Source: a bacterium
GTDB taxonomy: Bacteria > Patescibacteriota > Microgenomatia > Curtissbacterales > GWA2-41-24
Length of the DNA: 64,000 bases
Direction of reading: 5' to 3'
NCBI GenBank assembly: GCA_021813125.1
Contig: JAKALT010000001.1
Location: 64,023 to 128,022, forward strand
Numbering within the stretch: position 1 is the stretch's first letter; each line of letters opens with the position of its first letter. The translations under genes and the position numbers were made by a program. This document shows, piece after piece, positions 1-9,847 of the stretch. Under the pieces are notes generated by a model. That model saw only the letters and a program-made list of their open reading frames with translations. It made no database searches and was not told the origin of the DNA.

Positions 1-309
1 TTCCATGGCCAAACAGCCCACACAGATCCGTTAACCAAAGAACAGCTAGCCGCCAAAGACGTAATCATTCAGTTTGAAACCGAAAGAACCGCTGACGATG
101 GCTACCCGGACGGACATCAACTTTATGGCACAACAGGAACTGGCAACGCGCTTATCTTCCAGGACGGCACTGTCGTAAAAGGGAAGTGGGTCAAAACCTC
201 AAGGACTTCAAGAACCAAATATGTTGATGCTCAGGGCAAAGAAGTACAGTTAAATAGAGGCTTAATCTGGATACAAACTATTCAGGTAGGCAACAGTGTC
301 ACGTACTAA
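1..309 (+). CDS. DUF3048-like lipoprotein, C-terminal part (5'-truncated by window edge)
   Basis: Frame 1 is open from base 1 to TAA 307-309; ...TGTGNALIFQDGTVVKGKWVK...GKEVQLNRGLIWIQTI resembles the DUF3048 C-terminal domain. Confidence 0.7.
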   Translation, partial: FHGQTAHTDPLTKEQLAAKDVIIQFETERTADDGYPDGHQLYGTTGTGNALIFQDGTVVKGKWVKTSRTSRTKYVDAQGKEVQLNRGLIWIQTIQVGNSVTY

Positions 310-361
310 TTCTGCCTGCAAAATCTGCCCGTAAAAAGCAACGCCTGCCGAAAATAAAATT

Positions 362-940
362 ATGTTAGTTGATATTTTAATTTCAAAAGTTAGGGTCAAA
401 ATCTTTGAGCTCTTTTTGGGCAACCCGGGTCAGAGCTATCACGTGCGCGAAATAGTCAGAAGGGTAGACGAAGAAATTAACGCCGTCCGTCGCGAGTTGG
501 CCCGCTTGGAAAAAACAGGCTTTTTATCAAGTGAATGGAGAGCAAACAGAAGATATTACACTGTCAAGCGTGACTACGTCTTTTTCGGTGAATTCTTGTC
601 TATGGTCAACAAAAGCGTCGGTTTGGGCGGGGCCATCATCAAAAACAAGGCCAAACTGGGAAAAATTAGCTATGCAATGCTTTCCGGATCTTTTGTCCGG
701 GGTAAGCCCTATGCCCAAAATGAAGTAGACCTTTTCGTGGTCGGCACGATAGTTCTTCCCGAACTTTCCCAAATCATTAAAGACGAGGAAGCCAGAAGAA
801 ACCGCGAAATTAACTTTACACCAATGACCGACGAAGAATTTAACTTCCGTAAGTCGCGCCGTGACCCTTTTGTGCTGAGCATCCTTTCCAAGCCGCGTGT
901 TATGCTAATTGGCGACGAAGAAGAGATGGTTAAACTCTAG
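362..940 (+). CDS. Winged-HTH protein with C-terminal nucleotidyltransferase-like (MNT) fold
   Basis: N-terminal SKVRVKIFELF..YHVREIVR..INAVRRELARLEK (wHTH); C-terminal LSGSFVRG..EVDLFVVG resembles the GS..DxD MNT motif (degenerate). Confidence 0.7.
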   Translation: MLVDILISKVRVKIFELFLGNPGQSYHVREIVRRVDEEINAVRRELARLEKTGFLSSEWRANRRYYTVKRDYVFFGEFLSMVNKSVGLGGAIIKNKAKLGKISYAMLSGSFVRGKPYAQNEVDLFVVGTIVLPELSQIIKDEEARRNREINFTPMTDEEFNFRKSRRDPFVLSILSKPRVMLIGDEEEMVKL

Positions 941-943
941 ACC

Positions 944-2260
944 TTGCCCATGTCCAAAAAACCAAGATTACTGCTTGCCGTAATTATTCTTCTGACCATT
1001 GGCGCTCTTTATCTCGATATTCCCCAAATTACTCTCTTTGGCAAATCAATAATCCACCCCAAAATTAAAATAGGTCAATACATCAATAACCTTGAGCCAA
1101 AACTTGGCCTCGATCTGGCGGGTGGTGTTCAGCTCACTCTCTCTGCCGACATGACTAGTATCGCTCCTGCAGATCAGGCAAATGCCATCGAATCTGTCAA
1201 AAACATTGTCGAAAACCGGATTAACTCTTTAGGTGTAGCCGAACCGGTTGTGCAAACCGCGAAAACCCCCAGCCAGTACCGGCTGATTGTAGAAATTCCC
1301 GGCATCTCTGATGTTGATCAGGCAGTGGCAACCGTCAAAAAAGCCGCTCATCTGGAATTCATGCTTCTTAAACCCCAAATTCCTTTGGAATCATCGGAAG
1401 CGGCAAATCTGGCAAATTACGTTTCATCGGGCCTGACCGGAAGCGACCTTAAACGGGCTACTCCCCAGGCAAGTCGGGACCCCAACACCCCGGGCTATGT
1501 TGTAAGCCTTGAATTTAACGCCGAAGGCACCAAAAAACTGGCCAAAATCACTCAAGCCAATTTACAAAAACCAATGGCTATGTTTTTAGACGGTCAGCCA
1601 ATTTCCTGGCCGCCTCCCATAATCCAGGCGGTGATAATAGACGGCAATGCACAGATTTCCGGCAACTTCGATGCAAAAAGCGCCAAGGAGCTTTCTATCC
1701 AGCTTAACGCCGGTGCCCTGCCGGTACCTTTAAAAATCGAAAGCCAAAGCCGAGTTGGCCCGACAATCGGCGCAACAGCAATTGAAAAAAGCATCATAGC
1801 AACCATAATCGGCCTTGCTTCCGTTGCTATTTTCATGATCATCTACTACCGTTTCCTGGGATTTTTTGCAGTTATTGCCCTGGCAATTTACACTATTTTG
1901 GTTTTTGCGATCTTTAAAATTTTCCAGGTAACCTTAACCCTTGCCGGTATTGCCGGTTTTGTCCTTTCAATCGGTATGGCAGTAGATGCCAACATTTTAA
2001 TCTTTGAGCGCATCAAGGAAGAAAGGCGCTGGGGCAAACCGAAACTCGACGCGTTCTTTGCCGGTTTTGACAGGGCTTGGACATCAATTCGTGATTCCAA
2101 TGTTTCCTCACTTATAACTACTGCTATTCTTTTTAACTTTGGAACTGGCTCGATCCGCGGTTTTGCGCTAACTTTAGCTCTTGGTATTTTAATATCTATG
2201 TTTTCGGCAATCACAGTTTCCAGAACGCTTTTAAGGTTTTTCTGGGTAGGGAAGGTCTAA
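944..2260 (+). CDS. secD: Protein translocase subunit SecD (start may be ATG 950)
   Basis: KLGLDLAGG, RINSLGVAEP, LNAGALPVPL, IGMAVDANILIFERIKEE motifs. Confidence 0.97.
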   Translation: MPMSKKPRLLLAVIILLTIGALYLDIPQITLFGKSIIHPKIKIGQYINNLEPKLGLDLAGGVQLTLSADMTSIAPADQANAIESVKNIVENRINSLGVAEPVVQTAKTPSQYRLIVEIPGISDVDQAVATVKKAAHLEFMLLKPQIPLESSEAANLANYVSSGLTGSDLKRATPQASRDPNTPGYVVSLEFNAEGTKKLAKITQANLQKPMAMFLDGQPISWPPPIIQAVIIDGNAQISGNFDAKSAKELSIQLNAGALPVPLKIESQSRVGPTIGATAIEKSIIATIIGLASVAIFMIIYYRFLGFFAVIALAIYTILVFAIFKIFQVTLTLAGIAGFVLSIGMAVDANILIFERIKEERRWGKPKLDAFFAGFDRAWTSIRDSNVSSLITTAILFNFGTGSIRGFALTLALGILISMFSAITVSRTLLRFFWVGKV

Positions 2261-2261
2261 G

Positions 2262-3182
2262 ATGAATTTAATCAAATACCGAAATTGGTTTTTTGCTTTG
2301 TCGCTGGCAGTTATTATTCCGGGCGCTTTTGCGCTTTTCGCCTGGCATCTTAAAGTCGGCATCGACTTTTCCGGTGGAACGCTTTGGGAAGTAAAAATCG
2401 TTAACCCCAAGGTTTCCAAAGAGCAGCTGACACCTCAAAATTTCCAAGCGTATCTTAACTCCAAGGGCGCCGATGTTTCTCAAACTGCCCCAACAGCCGA
2501 GGACACTTTTTTGGTCAGAATGCGAATAACGGACGAAAAGCAAATTACAGATGTTAAAAAAAGTGTTGAGGACCAATACGGAAAAACCGAAAGCCTAAGA
2601 CAGGAGACAGTCGGCCCGACTATCTCCAAAGAACTAACCCAAAAAGCTGTTTTTGCGGTTGCCATTGCCATTATTGCCATTGTTCTTTATATAACCTGGT
2701 CTTTTAGAAAAGTCCCTAAGCCGGCATCATCTGTAGCTTTTGGCTTTTGTACCATCTTTGCCCTTGTCCATGATGTCATTGTCGTTGTGGGTATCTTTGC
2801 GATCCTTGGCCATTATTTCGATATAGAAGTCGACTCGCTTTTTATAACAGCCGTTCTAACAGTTATCGGTTTTTCCGTCCACGATACAATCGTCGTTTTC
2901 GACAGAATCCGAGAAAATCTTATTAAGCATCCCGGACATCCATTTGAAGAAGTTGTCAACCATTCGCTGCTTCAGACAATGGGAAGGTCGCTAAATACAT
3001 CACTAACAGCAGTTTTTGTGCTTCTGGCACTATTTCTTTTTGGTGGCGAATCGATAAAAAACTTTGTCTTGGCGCTTCTTATTGGCATAATTTCCGGTAC
3101 TTACTCCAGTATTTTCAACGCCTCGCCGCTTCTTGTTGTCTGGCAAAAATTTTCCCAAAGCCGCGCCAAAAGATCAGCCTGA
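2262..3182 (+). CDS. secF: Protein translocase subunit SecF
   Basis: GIDFSGG, GFSVHDTIVVFDRIREN, GTYSSIFNA; directly follows secD. Confidence 0.97.
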   Translation: MNLIKYRNWFFALSLAVIIPGAFALFAWHLKVGIDFSGGTLWEVKIVNPKVSKEQLTPQNFQAYLNSKGADVSQTAPTAEDTFLVRMRITDEKQITDVKKSVEDQYGKTESLRQETVGPTISKELTQKAVFAVAIAIIAIVLYITWSFRKVPKPASSVAFGFCTIFALVHDVIVVVGIFAILGHYFDIEVDSLFITAVLTVIGFSVHDTIVVFDRIRENLIKHPGHPFEEVVNHSLLQTMGRSLNTSLTAVFVLLALFLFGGESIKNFVLALLIGIISGTYSSIFNASPLLVVWQKFSQSRAKRSA

Positions 3183-3193
3183 ATTAACTCTTT

Positions 3194-4057
3194 CTATTTT
3201 TGGGTAAAATAGTTATAAAGTAGCAAACCGATCTTCGACATCGTTGTATTTGCAGCGTTGTCCGAAGTAAAAATGTGGTTCTTTTCACCTTGCCCTTCCA
3301 TATAAATTGCCATAACAATCGTCCTTCTTCTTTTGGGATAAATTAGCGCCACATCGCTCGAATAGGTAAGGAAGTTATCCCTTTCGTAAACAATCGTTCC
3401 TGTTTTATTGCCTATTTTTATAATTTTCTGGCGCTTTACGCCTAAATTTGCCCATGTCGGCAATAGGCGCGGAATTTTGCCGTTATATTCCTGTTCACAG
3501 AGAATTTTTATGATTTTCTTCGTCATTTTTTCATCAAAAAGTTTAAAATTTTCAAGATCTATAAATGTCTTTGCCATATCGAATGCCGTTGTATTTGCCA
3601 TTTTTGTTTTTGCTCTTTTAAAGTTTGCCGGAAAATCGACTTTTTCGGTCAAAAGCCTTGTATTTGCAAGACCGATGCTTTTTATACATTTATTAATGTA
3701 GTCTTTTCCTAAATAATCAATGAGAACATTTGTTGCACTGTTATCGGAAACTATAATCATAAGAAGCGCAATATTATAAAGCGTGATTGGTTTGGAAAGA
3801 TCAAAATATTGCAAAATTCCGCTACCTTTGCCAATTTGTTTGGAAGCAATCTTTAATGGAGTATGAAGGCTGATTTTTTCATCTCCGATTTTTTTGAAAA
3901 GAGCAAGAAGGATTTGTAATTTTATTGTACTTGCCGATTCGAAAATACGATCAGAATTTAAGGTGAACTTTTTTCCGGTTTCCATGTCCTGGGCATAAAT
4001 TCCCCAAACCCTATTTTTTGCAGAAGTTAATTTATAAATTTTTTTATCTATATCCAC
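3194..4057 (-). CDS. Class A beta-lactamase-family serine hydrolase, no evident signal peptide
   Basis: SxxK (SASTIK), SDN (VSDNSATN) and KTG (GNKTG) motifs. Confidence 0.85.
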   Translation of the reverse strand: MDIDKKIYKLTSAKNRVWGIYAQDMETGKKFTLNSDRIFESASTIKLQILLALFKKIGDEKISLHTPLKIASKQIGKGSGILQYFDLSKPITLYNIALLMIIVSDNSATNVLIDYLGKDYINKCIKSIGLANTRLLTEKVDFPANFKRAKTKMANTTAFDMAKTFIDLENFKLFDEKMTKKIIKILCEQEYNGKIPRLLPTWANLGVKRQKIIKIGNKTGTIVYERDNFLTYSSDVALIYPKRRRTIVMAIYMEGQGEKNHIFTSDNAANTTMSKIGLLLYNYFTQK

Positions 4058-4164
4058 GAAATAATTATAGAAAATTATATTTTATATACAAGCTAAAAAT
4101 ACATTCGGGCCATTTTTTCTTCCAATTTGACACTTCTAGCCTCAAATTCTAAAATTTACACCAT

Positions 4165-4467
4165 ATGGGCGAGCGGCATCAGGACCAAATGCTCGACGAG
4201 CTGCAAAATCAGGAGATTATTGCCCGAAACGATCGCCGCAGCTGGTTTGCCACAACCGCACTGTGTGCAGCGGGAACCTTTTCATCTATCCCCATTGCCT
4301 TGAATTCCGATGCCTCACCATGGCTAGTAGCCATATTTGCAACCGCTTGCGTTCTTGGTGCCAAATTTGGATCCGACCAAACCGCAAACACTAATGACCA
4401 GCTTCAAGAAATCAGAAGACAAATATATGAACATCAGTTCTTACTACGTTTAAATCAGCCAAGATAA
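4165..4467 (+). CDS. Hypothetical protein with two hydrophobic segments
   Basis: 100-aa ORF; TTGACA...TAAAAT promoter-like sequence upstream; stop abuts the next start (TAAATG). Confidence 0.6.
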   Translation: MGERHQDQMLDELQNQEIIARNDRRSWFATTALCAAGTFSSIPIALNSDASPWLVAIFATACVLGAKFGSDQTANTNDQLQEIRRQIYEHQFLLRLNQPR

Positions 4468-5367
4468 ATGTCAGAACACGAACCCCGCACCAAAATCGTT
4501 TACGATAATGCTCCGTCAACTAGGCCCCTACGGGAATTAATTCCTCACGGTCTATCTGTTCGTGTAGGAGATATGGTTTTCGGCAAAGATCTAACTCCCC
4601 AAGGTCATGTAGAGTTAAGAAGAACTCTTAGAAAAATGCTAAGAGCAGAACACGTAACACCTGGAGACGATATGTATCCAGCATATAAGGACGCAATAAA
4701 ATTTATAGTGGAAGGGCAAGAAAATATCCCCAAATCGGGTGCGACCTTATTTATAGGTAACCATGAAAAGAGCCCGCTTTTGGCAGGTATGGTTCATTTT
4801 ATCGAAGCGGCAAGAGTTACAAACGACATGCGAACAGAGGCGCCAGACGATGTAATGCGTGAAACTAGAATAATTATGCAAAGGGGGTTAAGTCGTCCGA
4901 TCAGGGTTTTTGGGAGGAAAGTAGGTGTTGTGACTATTCCTTTTTCTGAGCAGTTTTACCAACTGGCGACAGACGCTGCTAATTGGATTACGGTCGATCC
5001 GCCAAAGTATGATAAAAACGGCCAAATAATAAACAGGCAAGGGTTACCCAAGGGTTTGATGGAAGAATTTTATAAAGGTCAGGCAATATTTTGGTTTCCC
5101 CAGGGCAAACATGATAAACCCGGTAATCTCAAAATGCCCAACAAAGCCAATGATTTCGTTACAAAATCAAAAGATCATGACATTAACATAAATGGTTTAG
5201 TCTTTGAACAAGCAGATGACGGATTCCATATCACTTTCACACAAAGCGTCCATATCCAGGATTTTCCAAGAAATGAAGTCGGTGAGTTGGATGTAAATCT
5301 TTTTGCCCAACGTTTTATGGCTCCATGTCTAAGCGCAAACCGGCCGTTTGTTATATCTGCAAGATAA
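4468..5367 (+). CDS. Divergent PlsC/LPLAT-like acyltransferase
   Basis: VEGQENIPKSGATLFIGNH and IFWFPQG resemble LPLAT blocks I and III, but the HxxxxD Asp is missing. Confidence 0.55.
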   Translation: MSEHEPRTKIVYDNAPSTRPLRELIPHGLSVRVGDMVFGKDLTPQGHVELRRTLRKMLRAEHVTPGDDMYPAYKDAIKFIVEGQENIPKSGATLFIGNHEKSPLLAGMVHFIEAARVTNDMRTEAPDDVMRETRIIMQRGLSRPIRVFGRKVGVVTIPFSEQFYQLATDAANWITVDPPKYDKNGQIINRQGLPKGLMEEFYKGQAIFWFPQGKHDKPGNLKMPNKANDFVTKSKDHDININGLVFEQADDGFHITFTQSVHIQDFPRNEVGELDVNLFAQRFMAPCLSANRPFVISAR

Positions 5368-5394
5368 GCTTTTCTGCTCTGGTATCATTATGTT

Positions 5395-5796
5395 ATGGAA
5401 AATAGTTACATGTGGTATCAGACACTTATCAAGCCTTCATGGGCTCCGCCTGCCTGGCTCTTTGGGCCGGCTTGGACAATTCTTTATTTTTTGATTGCTA
5501 TTTCTTTTGGAGCTGTATTTGTGAAGATCTACAGAAAAAAACTTAAGCCAAAATTTGCCCTGCCTTTTGTTTTAAATCTTATTTTTAATTTCGCCTTCAC
5601 CCCAATTCAATTCGGCCTCAAAAACAACATTTTGGCAGCAGTCGATGTTATTTTGGTTCTGGTAACTTTAATCTGGGCAACCCTGTTAATCTATCCCAAA
5701 GTTAAATGGATAGCATATATGCAAACCCCTTACCTTCTCTGGGTATCTTTTGCCACTGTTCTTCAGCTGACAATAACCTACTTAAACGTGTTATAA
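5395..5796 (+). CDS. tspO: TspO/MBR tryptophan-rich sensory protein
   Basis: WYQTLIKPSWAPPAWLFGPAWTILY and PYLLWVSFA. Confidence 0.93.
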   Translation: MENSYMWYQTLIKPSWAPPAWLFGPAWTILYFLIAISFGAVFVKIYRKKLKPKFALPFVLNLIFNFAFTPIQFGLKNNILAAVDVILVLVTLIWATLLIYPKVKWIAYMQTPYLLWVSFATVLQLTITYLNVL

Positions 5797-5825
5797 TTTA
5801 GTTTCGAAAAAGGAGGCTACTGCAT

Positions 5826-6488
5826 ATGAAATCTAGGATATTTTCCGGGTTTTATAAAATACTTTCGCTTTTTTCCCGTTTCCCAAAAAAGAACAAAGAG
5901 CGCTTTGTCTATGTGGCAATAGGTGATTCGTCCGTTGAAGGGGTCGGAGCTAGTCATCACACCAAATCATATCCTTCACTCATTTTTGAAAAAATAAAAT
6001 TAACTTACCCTAAAGGTGAATATCACAATCTGGGCAAAAGCGGCGACAGGATAGAGCATGTCGTTAAAAAACAGCTGCCGCAAGTTTTGGAGCTTAAACC
6101 AAACCTGGTAACAGTCAGCATCGGCGTGAACGACATCCGGGGCCGCGTAAAACTTTCCGATTTTGAAAAAGACCTTATGTATCTTGTAAGCACACTTCAA
6201 AACAAAACGGATGCCAAAATTATAATCAATAACATTCCCGATTTCTCCGCATTACCCACGTTGCCGATTTACATCCGGATCGCATCAAAGATTCTCATTC
6301 ACCGTTTCAACAGGTCAATTGAAAAAATATCCGACAACCTCAACATTACTTTGGTTGATATCTTTAAAGTTAGTAGGTATTTCTGCAAACAATGGAAAAA
6401 ATTCATTTCAAATGACGGTTTACACCCGTCCGATGCCGGCTACGCCCTCTGGGCGGAAACAATAATAGCTAACCTGACGTTCTTGTAA
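5826..6488 (+). CDS. SGNH/GDSL hydrolase
   Basis: YVAIGDS, GVND and DGLHP blocks; AGGAGG SD upstream. Confidence 0.92.
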   Translation: MKSRIFSGFYKILSLFSRFPKKNKERFVYVAIGDSSVEGVGASHHTKSYPSLIFEKIKLTYPKGEYHNLGKSGDRIEHVVKKQLPQVLELKPNLVTVSIGVNDIRGRVKLSDFEKDLMYLVSTLQNKTDAKIIINNIPDFSALPTLPIYIRIASKILIHRFNRSIEKISDNLNITLVDIFKVSRYFCKQWKKFISNDGLHPSDAGYALWAETIIANLTFL

Positions 6489-7896
6489 GGAGTTGGGAAA
6501 GCCTTTTTGTTAAATAGTCTCTGGTATTTTTTGCCTTATCGTCCGCCACTTCTTCGAAAAGTTTTGAAAGGATCTCGCCGACTTTTGGTCCGGGTTTAAG
6601 ATCAAGAATTTTCATCACATCATTTCCATCAATAGCAAGATCGGCAACTGTGAACGGTTTTTTCAAAACTTCTTTGAGACGGGACCTAAAAAGTTTTAGT
6701 CTCCAAGACTCGGGCTGTTGAAGTCCGCCACCCAAACGATCGCCAATTCTAAGATCCATCATATCCTCAACATTTTCTAAACCGATATTTTTGATAAAAC
6801 GCCTAAGTGCCCTATCCGTTTGGTTTTCATTTACCGAAAACTGGTGCCAGCGCACCAAGCGAAATAGTTTGTCGCGCTCATCCCTCGAAAGGTGAAAACG
6901 CTCGGCAATTGCTACCGCCTGCCTTGCCCCAACTACCTCATGATTATGGAATGTCCGTACCCCTTCTTCTGTGACTTTGGCAACTTTCGCTTTGCCGATA
7001 TCATGAAGCATTGTGGCAAAGCGGGTAATTGTGTCTTTGGATGGGCAAGCATCAAGTGACATCACACAATGTGTTCCGACATCGTAAATATGGTGGCGTT
7101 TAGGGCTTTTCTGCTCGACGGCAAAACAAACCTCAAGTTCCGGTAAGATTACGGTTAATACGCTTAATTTTTTAGCCAAAAATATTCCGGAAGATGGAGT
7201 CGGGGAATCCACAATTTTAAAAACTTCATCGCGGATCCGCTCTCCGGAAATTTTGGAAATTAAACTCGCATTATCCTCAATTGCTTTGGCTGTCGCAGGG
7301 TCAATATCAAACCCCAGAGTTGTCGCAAACCTTATTGCCCGGAGCATCCTTAGTGCGTCCTCCCCAAACCGCTCGTTGGCATCACCAACAGTTTTTATAA
7401 GTTTATTTTTCAGGTCATCCTGTCCACCAAAAGGGTCAACCAAGTCCCAGTTACCAAGCTCAAGGCCAGGCCTTTGTCCAGAACCTTCTTCGTTAAGGCC
7501 TGGCCTTTCCCCACGTCTCAACGCCATGGCATTTATCGTAAAATCGCGGCGGGCTAAATCTTCCTGTAGCGTTTTTCCCCATTTGACTGTGTCCGGATGA
7601 CGAGTATCCGAGTAACCCTCCTCGGACCGATAAGTTGTGATCTCAACTATGTTCTCATCTTTGGTCTCTGGCTCCTGGCCACTGGAAACTGGCACCCCTA
7701 CTGTTCCAAACCTGTTATTATAAAATCCGTCAGGAAAAATCTTTAAAATTTCTTCCGGTTCTGCATTTGTTGTTAAATCCCAATCACCGACTTTGTTGCC
7801 CGACAAAATATCTCTTACCGCACCGCCGACAACTGCAGCTTCAAAACCCGCTTTTTCTAATTTTTCTAAAATATCAATAATCTTTTTGTCGACCAT
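6469..7896 (-). CDS. cca: CCA-adding tRNA nucleotidyltransferase with HD domain
   Basis: VVGGAVRD..DWDLTT, DLARRDFTINAM, EDALRMLRAIRF, LHDIGK. Confidence 0.93.
   Translation of the reverse strand: MVDKKIIDILEKLEKAGFEAAVVGGAVRDILSGNKVGDWDLTTNAEPEEILKIFPDGFYNNRFGTVGVPVSSGQEPETKDENIVEITTYRSEEGYSDTRHPDTVKWGKTLQEDLARRDFTINAMALRRGERPGLNEEGSGQRPGLELGNWDLVDPFGGQDDLKNKLIKTVGDANERFGEDALRMLRAIRFATTLGFDIDPATAKAIEDNASLISKISGERIRDEVFKIVDSPTPSSGIFLAKKLSVLTVILPELEVCFAVEQKSPKRHHIYDVGTHCVMSLDACPSKDTITRFATMLHDIGKAKVAKVTEEGVRTFHNHEVVGARQAVAIAERFHLSRDERDKLFRLVRWHQFSVNENQTDRALRRFIKNIGLENVEDMMDLRIGDRLGGGLQQPESWRLKLFRSRLKEVLKKPFTVADLAIDGNDVMKILDLKPGPKVGEILSKLFEEVADDKAKNTRDYLTKRLSQLLTRTSG
7462..7507. repeat. Palindromic repeat element copy 1, in-frame inside cca
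   Basis: AAGGCCAGGCCTT-N20-AAGGCCTGGCCTT perfect 13-bp inverted repeat; encodes RPGLNEEGSGQRPGL. Confidence 0.85.
7661..7692. repeat. Short heptamer tandem repeat (NNNCTGG x4) inside cca
   Basis: ttgg tctctgg ctcctgg ccactgg aaactgg; encodes PVSSGQEPETK. Confidence 0.6.
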
Positions 7897-7946
7897 ATAC
7901 CAATTATATTATCAACATACGATCAAAAAGAAATTTTTCTGCTAGA

Positions 7947-9581
7947 ATGGCACTACCAATGGAAAACATTTGGCGCATCAAAAACAAGGTAAGCGCTCCA
8001 AAAGGGGATTGGCTGGCACAAGTTTTAGCATCAAATCGCGGCCTTAATACTCCGACAAAGCTAAAACAGTTTCTGAATCCAACCTTCGATCAAATAACGT
8101 CTGTTAATATCGGCAAGACCGAAAAAGCAATAAGTCGTATCAAAACTGCAATTAAAAATAAGGAAAAAATAATCGTTTATTCCGACTACGATGCCGACGG
8201 CATCTCGGCAACTGCCATTATGTGGGAAACCCTAAACGATCTTGGTGCAAAAGTTATGCCATATGTCCCGCACCGTGTTTTAGAAGGTTACGGCCTTTAC
8301 ACTCCGGCGATTGAGGAATTAGCCAAAAATGGTATCAAACTTATAATCACTGTAGACCACGGGGTAACAGCAGTTGAGCAGGTTAAAGCAGCAAAAAAAC
8401 TGGGAATCGATGTCATAATAACCGACCACCATGTCCTTCCATCAAAAATTCCCGATTCATTTGCACTTGTGCACACCACCGAACTTTGCGGCGCAGGAGT
8501 TGCCTGGCGTTTTTGCTGGGACTTGATTAAAAACATAAAACCCGCTTACCAGGACCAACTTATTGAAAAACTGGAACTTGCAGCTATTGCGACTATTGCC
8601 GACCTAGTACCTCTCGTTGGGGCCAACCGGGCAATTGTCAAAATCGGCTTGGAAAAAATCCAAAAAACTACACGCTATGGCATCAAAAGTTTGATTTCTG
8701 CATCCGGCATAAACGGCAAAATAGGAACATACGAAATTGGCCACGTTTTGGCGCCAAGGATAAACGCCATGGGCCGAATCGAACACGGTCTGGATGCGCT
8801 AAGGCTGATCTGCTCCAGAAATAGAAGCCAGGCAGAGAGGTTAACCAAACTTCTAACCCAAACCAATAGCCGACGTCAGGATTTAACGACAAAAGCAATA
8901 AACCACGCGGCCGGGCTAGTTAACAATAATCATCTGGTAGGAGTTATTGCCCACGAAGACTGGCACGAGGGAGTGATTGGTCTTGTTGCTTCTAGGCTAG
9001 TGGAAATTCACCATCGGCCGATGATCATTATTGCTCGCGGAAAACAAAAATCCAAAGGGTCTGCAAGATCAATAGCCGGCTTTAATATAATCGAAGCAAT
9101 CCGCGCCTCCAGTGAATTTTTACTGGACGCAGGCGGCCACCCTATGGCGGCCGGGTTTTCCATAGAAACCAAATACATTGAGTCGTTTACCAAAAAGATC
9201 AACACATATGCCCAAACTGTAATCACCGAGGAAATTTTGGCTCCGGTAATTGAGGTTGAATGCCAAATGCCCAAAGATCAAATCACAAAGTATAATCTTG
9301 AAATTATCAAAGGTTTTGAACCCTACGGAGTGGCCAATCCTGTCCCTCTTTTCTTGACTAAAAATATGATGGTCGAAGACGTCAGGACAGTTGGCGCCGA
9401 CAACCGCCACTTAAAGCTGCAGGTAGACGGCTTTTCGGCAATTGGCTTTAGTCTTGGAAGCCAAAGAGCCAATATCAGACCAGGATATAAAGTTGATCTC
9501 GTTTACTCACTCGAACCGGATAACTTCAACGGCAAAGGCAGCCTCCAGCTAAAAATCAAAGACCTGGTAATTGTCAGCTAG
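7947..9581 (+). CDS. recJ: Single-stranded DNA exonuclease RecJ (probable start ATG 7959)
   Basis: SDYDADG, TVDHG, TDHH, APRINAMGR, KGSARS, GGHPMAAG. Confidence 0.96.
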   Translation: MALPMENIWRIKNKVSAPKGDWLAQVLASNRGLNTPTKLKQFLNPTFDQITSVNIGKTEKAISRIKTAIKNKEKIIVYSDYDADGISATAIMWETLNDLGAKVMPYVPHRVLEGYGLYTPAIEELAKNGIKLIITVDHGVTAVEQVKAAKKLGIDVIITDHHVLPSKIPDSFALVHTTELCGAGVAWRFCWDLIKNIKPAYQDQLIEKLELAAIATIADLVPLVGANRAIVKIGLEKIQKTTRYGIKSLISASGINGKIGTYEIGHVLAPRINAMGRIEHGLDALRLICSRNRSQAERLTKLLTQTNSRRQDLTTKAINHAAGLVNNNHLVGVIAHEDWHEGVIGLVASRLVEIHHRPMIIIARGKQKSKGSARSIAGFNIIEAIRASSEFLLDAGGHPMAAGFSIETKYIESFTKKINTYAQTVITEEILAPVIEVECQMPKDQITKYNLEIIKGFEPYGVANPVPLFLTKNMMVEDVRTVGADNRHLKLQVDGFSAIGFSLGSQRANIRPGYKVDLVYSLEPDNFNGKGSLQLKIKDLVIVS

Positions 9582-9820
9582 TCACCCATGTGCGTTTGAT
9601 TTTGCGTGTGTTCGAACCAATCAATCCTCTCTCTGGGCGTCGGAAACCCGGCATTTCTCGTGGGAACATTTCCGTCGATTTGTGTGGCAGTATCAGCTGA
9701 TGCTGCCCTAGATTCACCAGCCGAACCAGCTTCAGGTCGTTCATGCCTTGAAGCACCAACACCAACCCACGGTCTTCCATCCCGCATTCTTAAATTTTGC
9801 GCTCCATCTATTCGTTCCAT
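9578..9820 (-). CDS. Small hydrophilic protein (80 aa), unknown function
   Basis: Strong SD GGAGGTG (9827-9833) 6 nt before ATG 9820; MERIDGAQN...QTHMGD. Confidence 0.6.
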   Translation of the reverse strand: MERIDGAQNLRMRDGRPWVGVGASRHERPEAGSAGESRAASADTATQIDGNVPTRNAGFPTPRERIDWFEHTQNQTHMGD

Positions 9821-9847
9821 AATTTTCACCTCCTTTTTTTATTTTTT

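Noticed and set aside
311-354. CTGCC..AAAA direct repeats upstream of the wHTH gene
   Set aside because: Short and degenerate; cannot be distinguished from chance
5075-5084. AAGGTCAGGC half-site of the palindromic element
   Set aside because: No partner arm at the expected distance; likely chance
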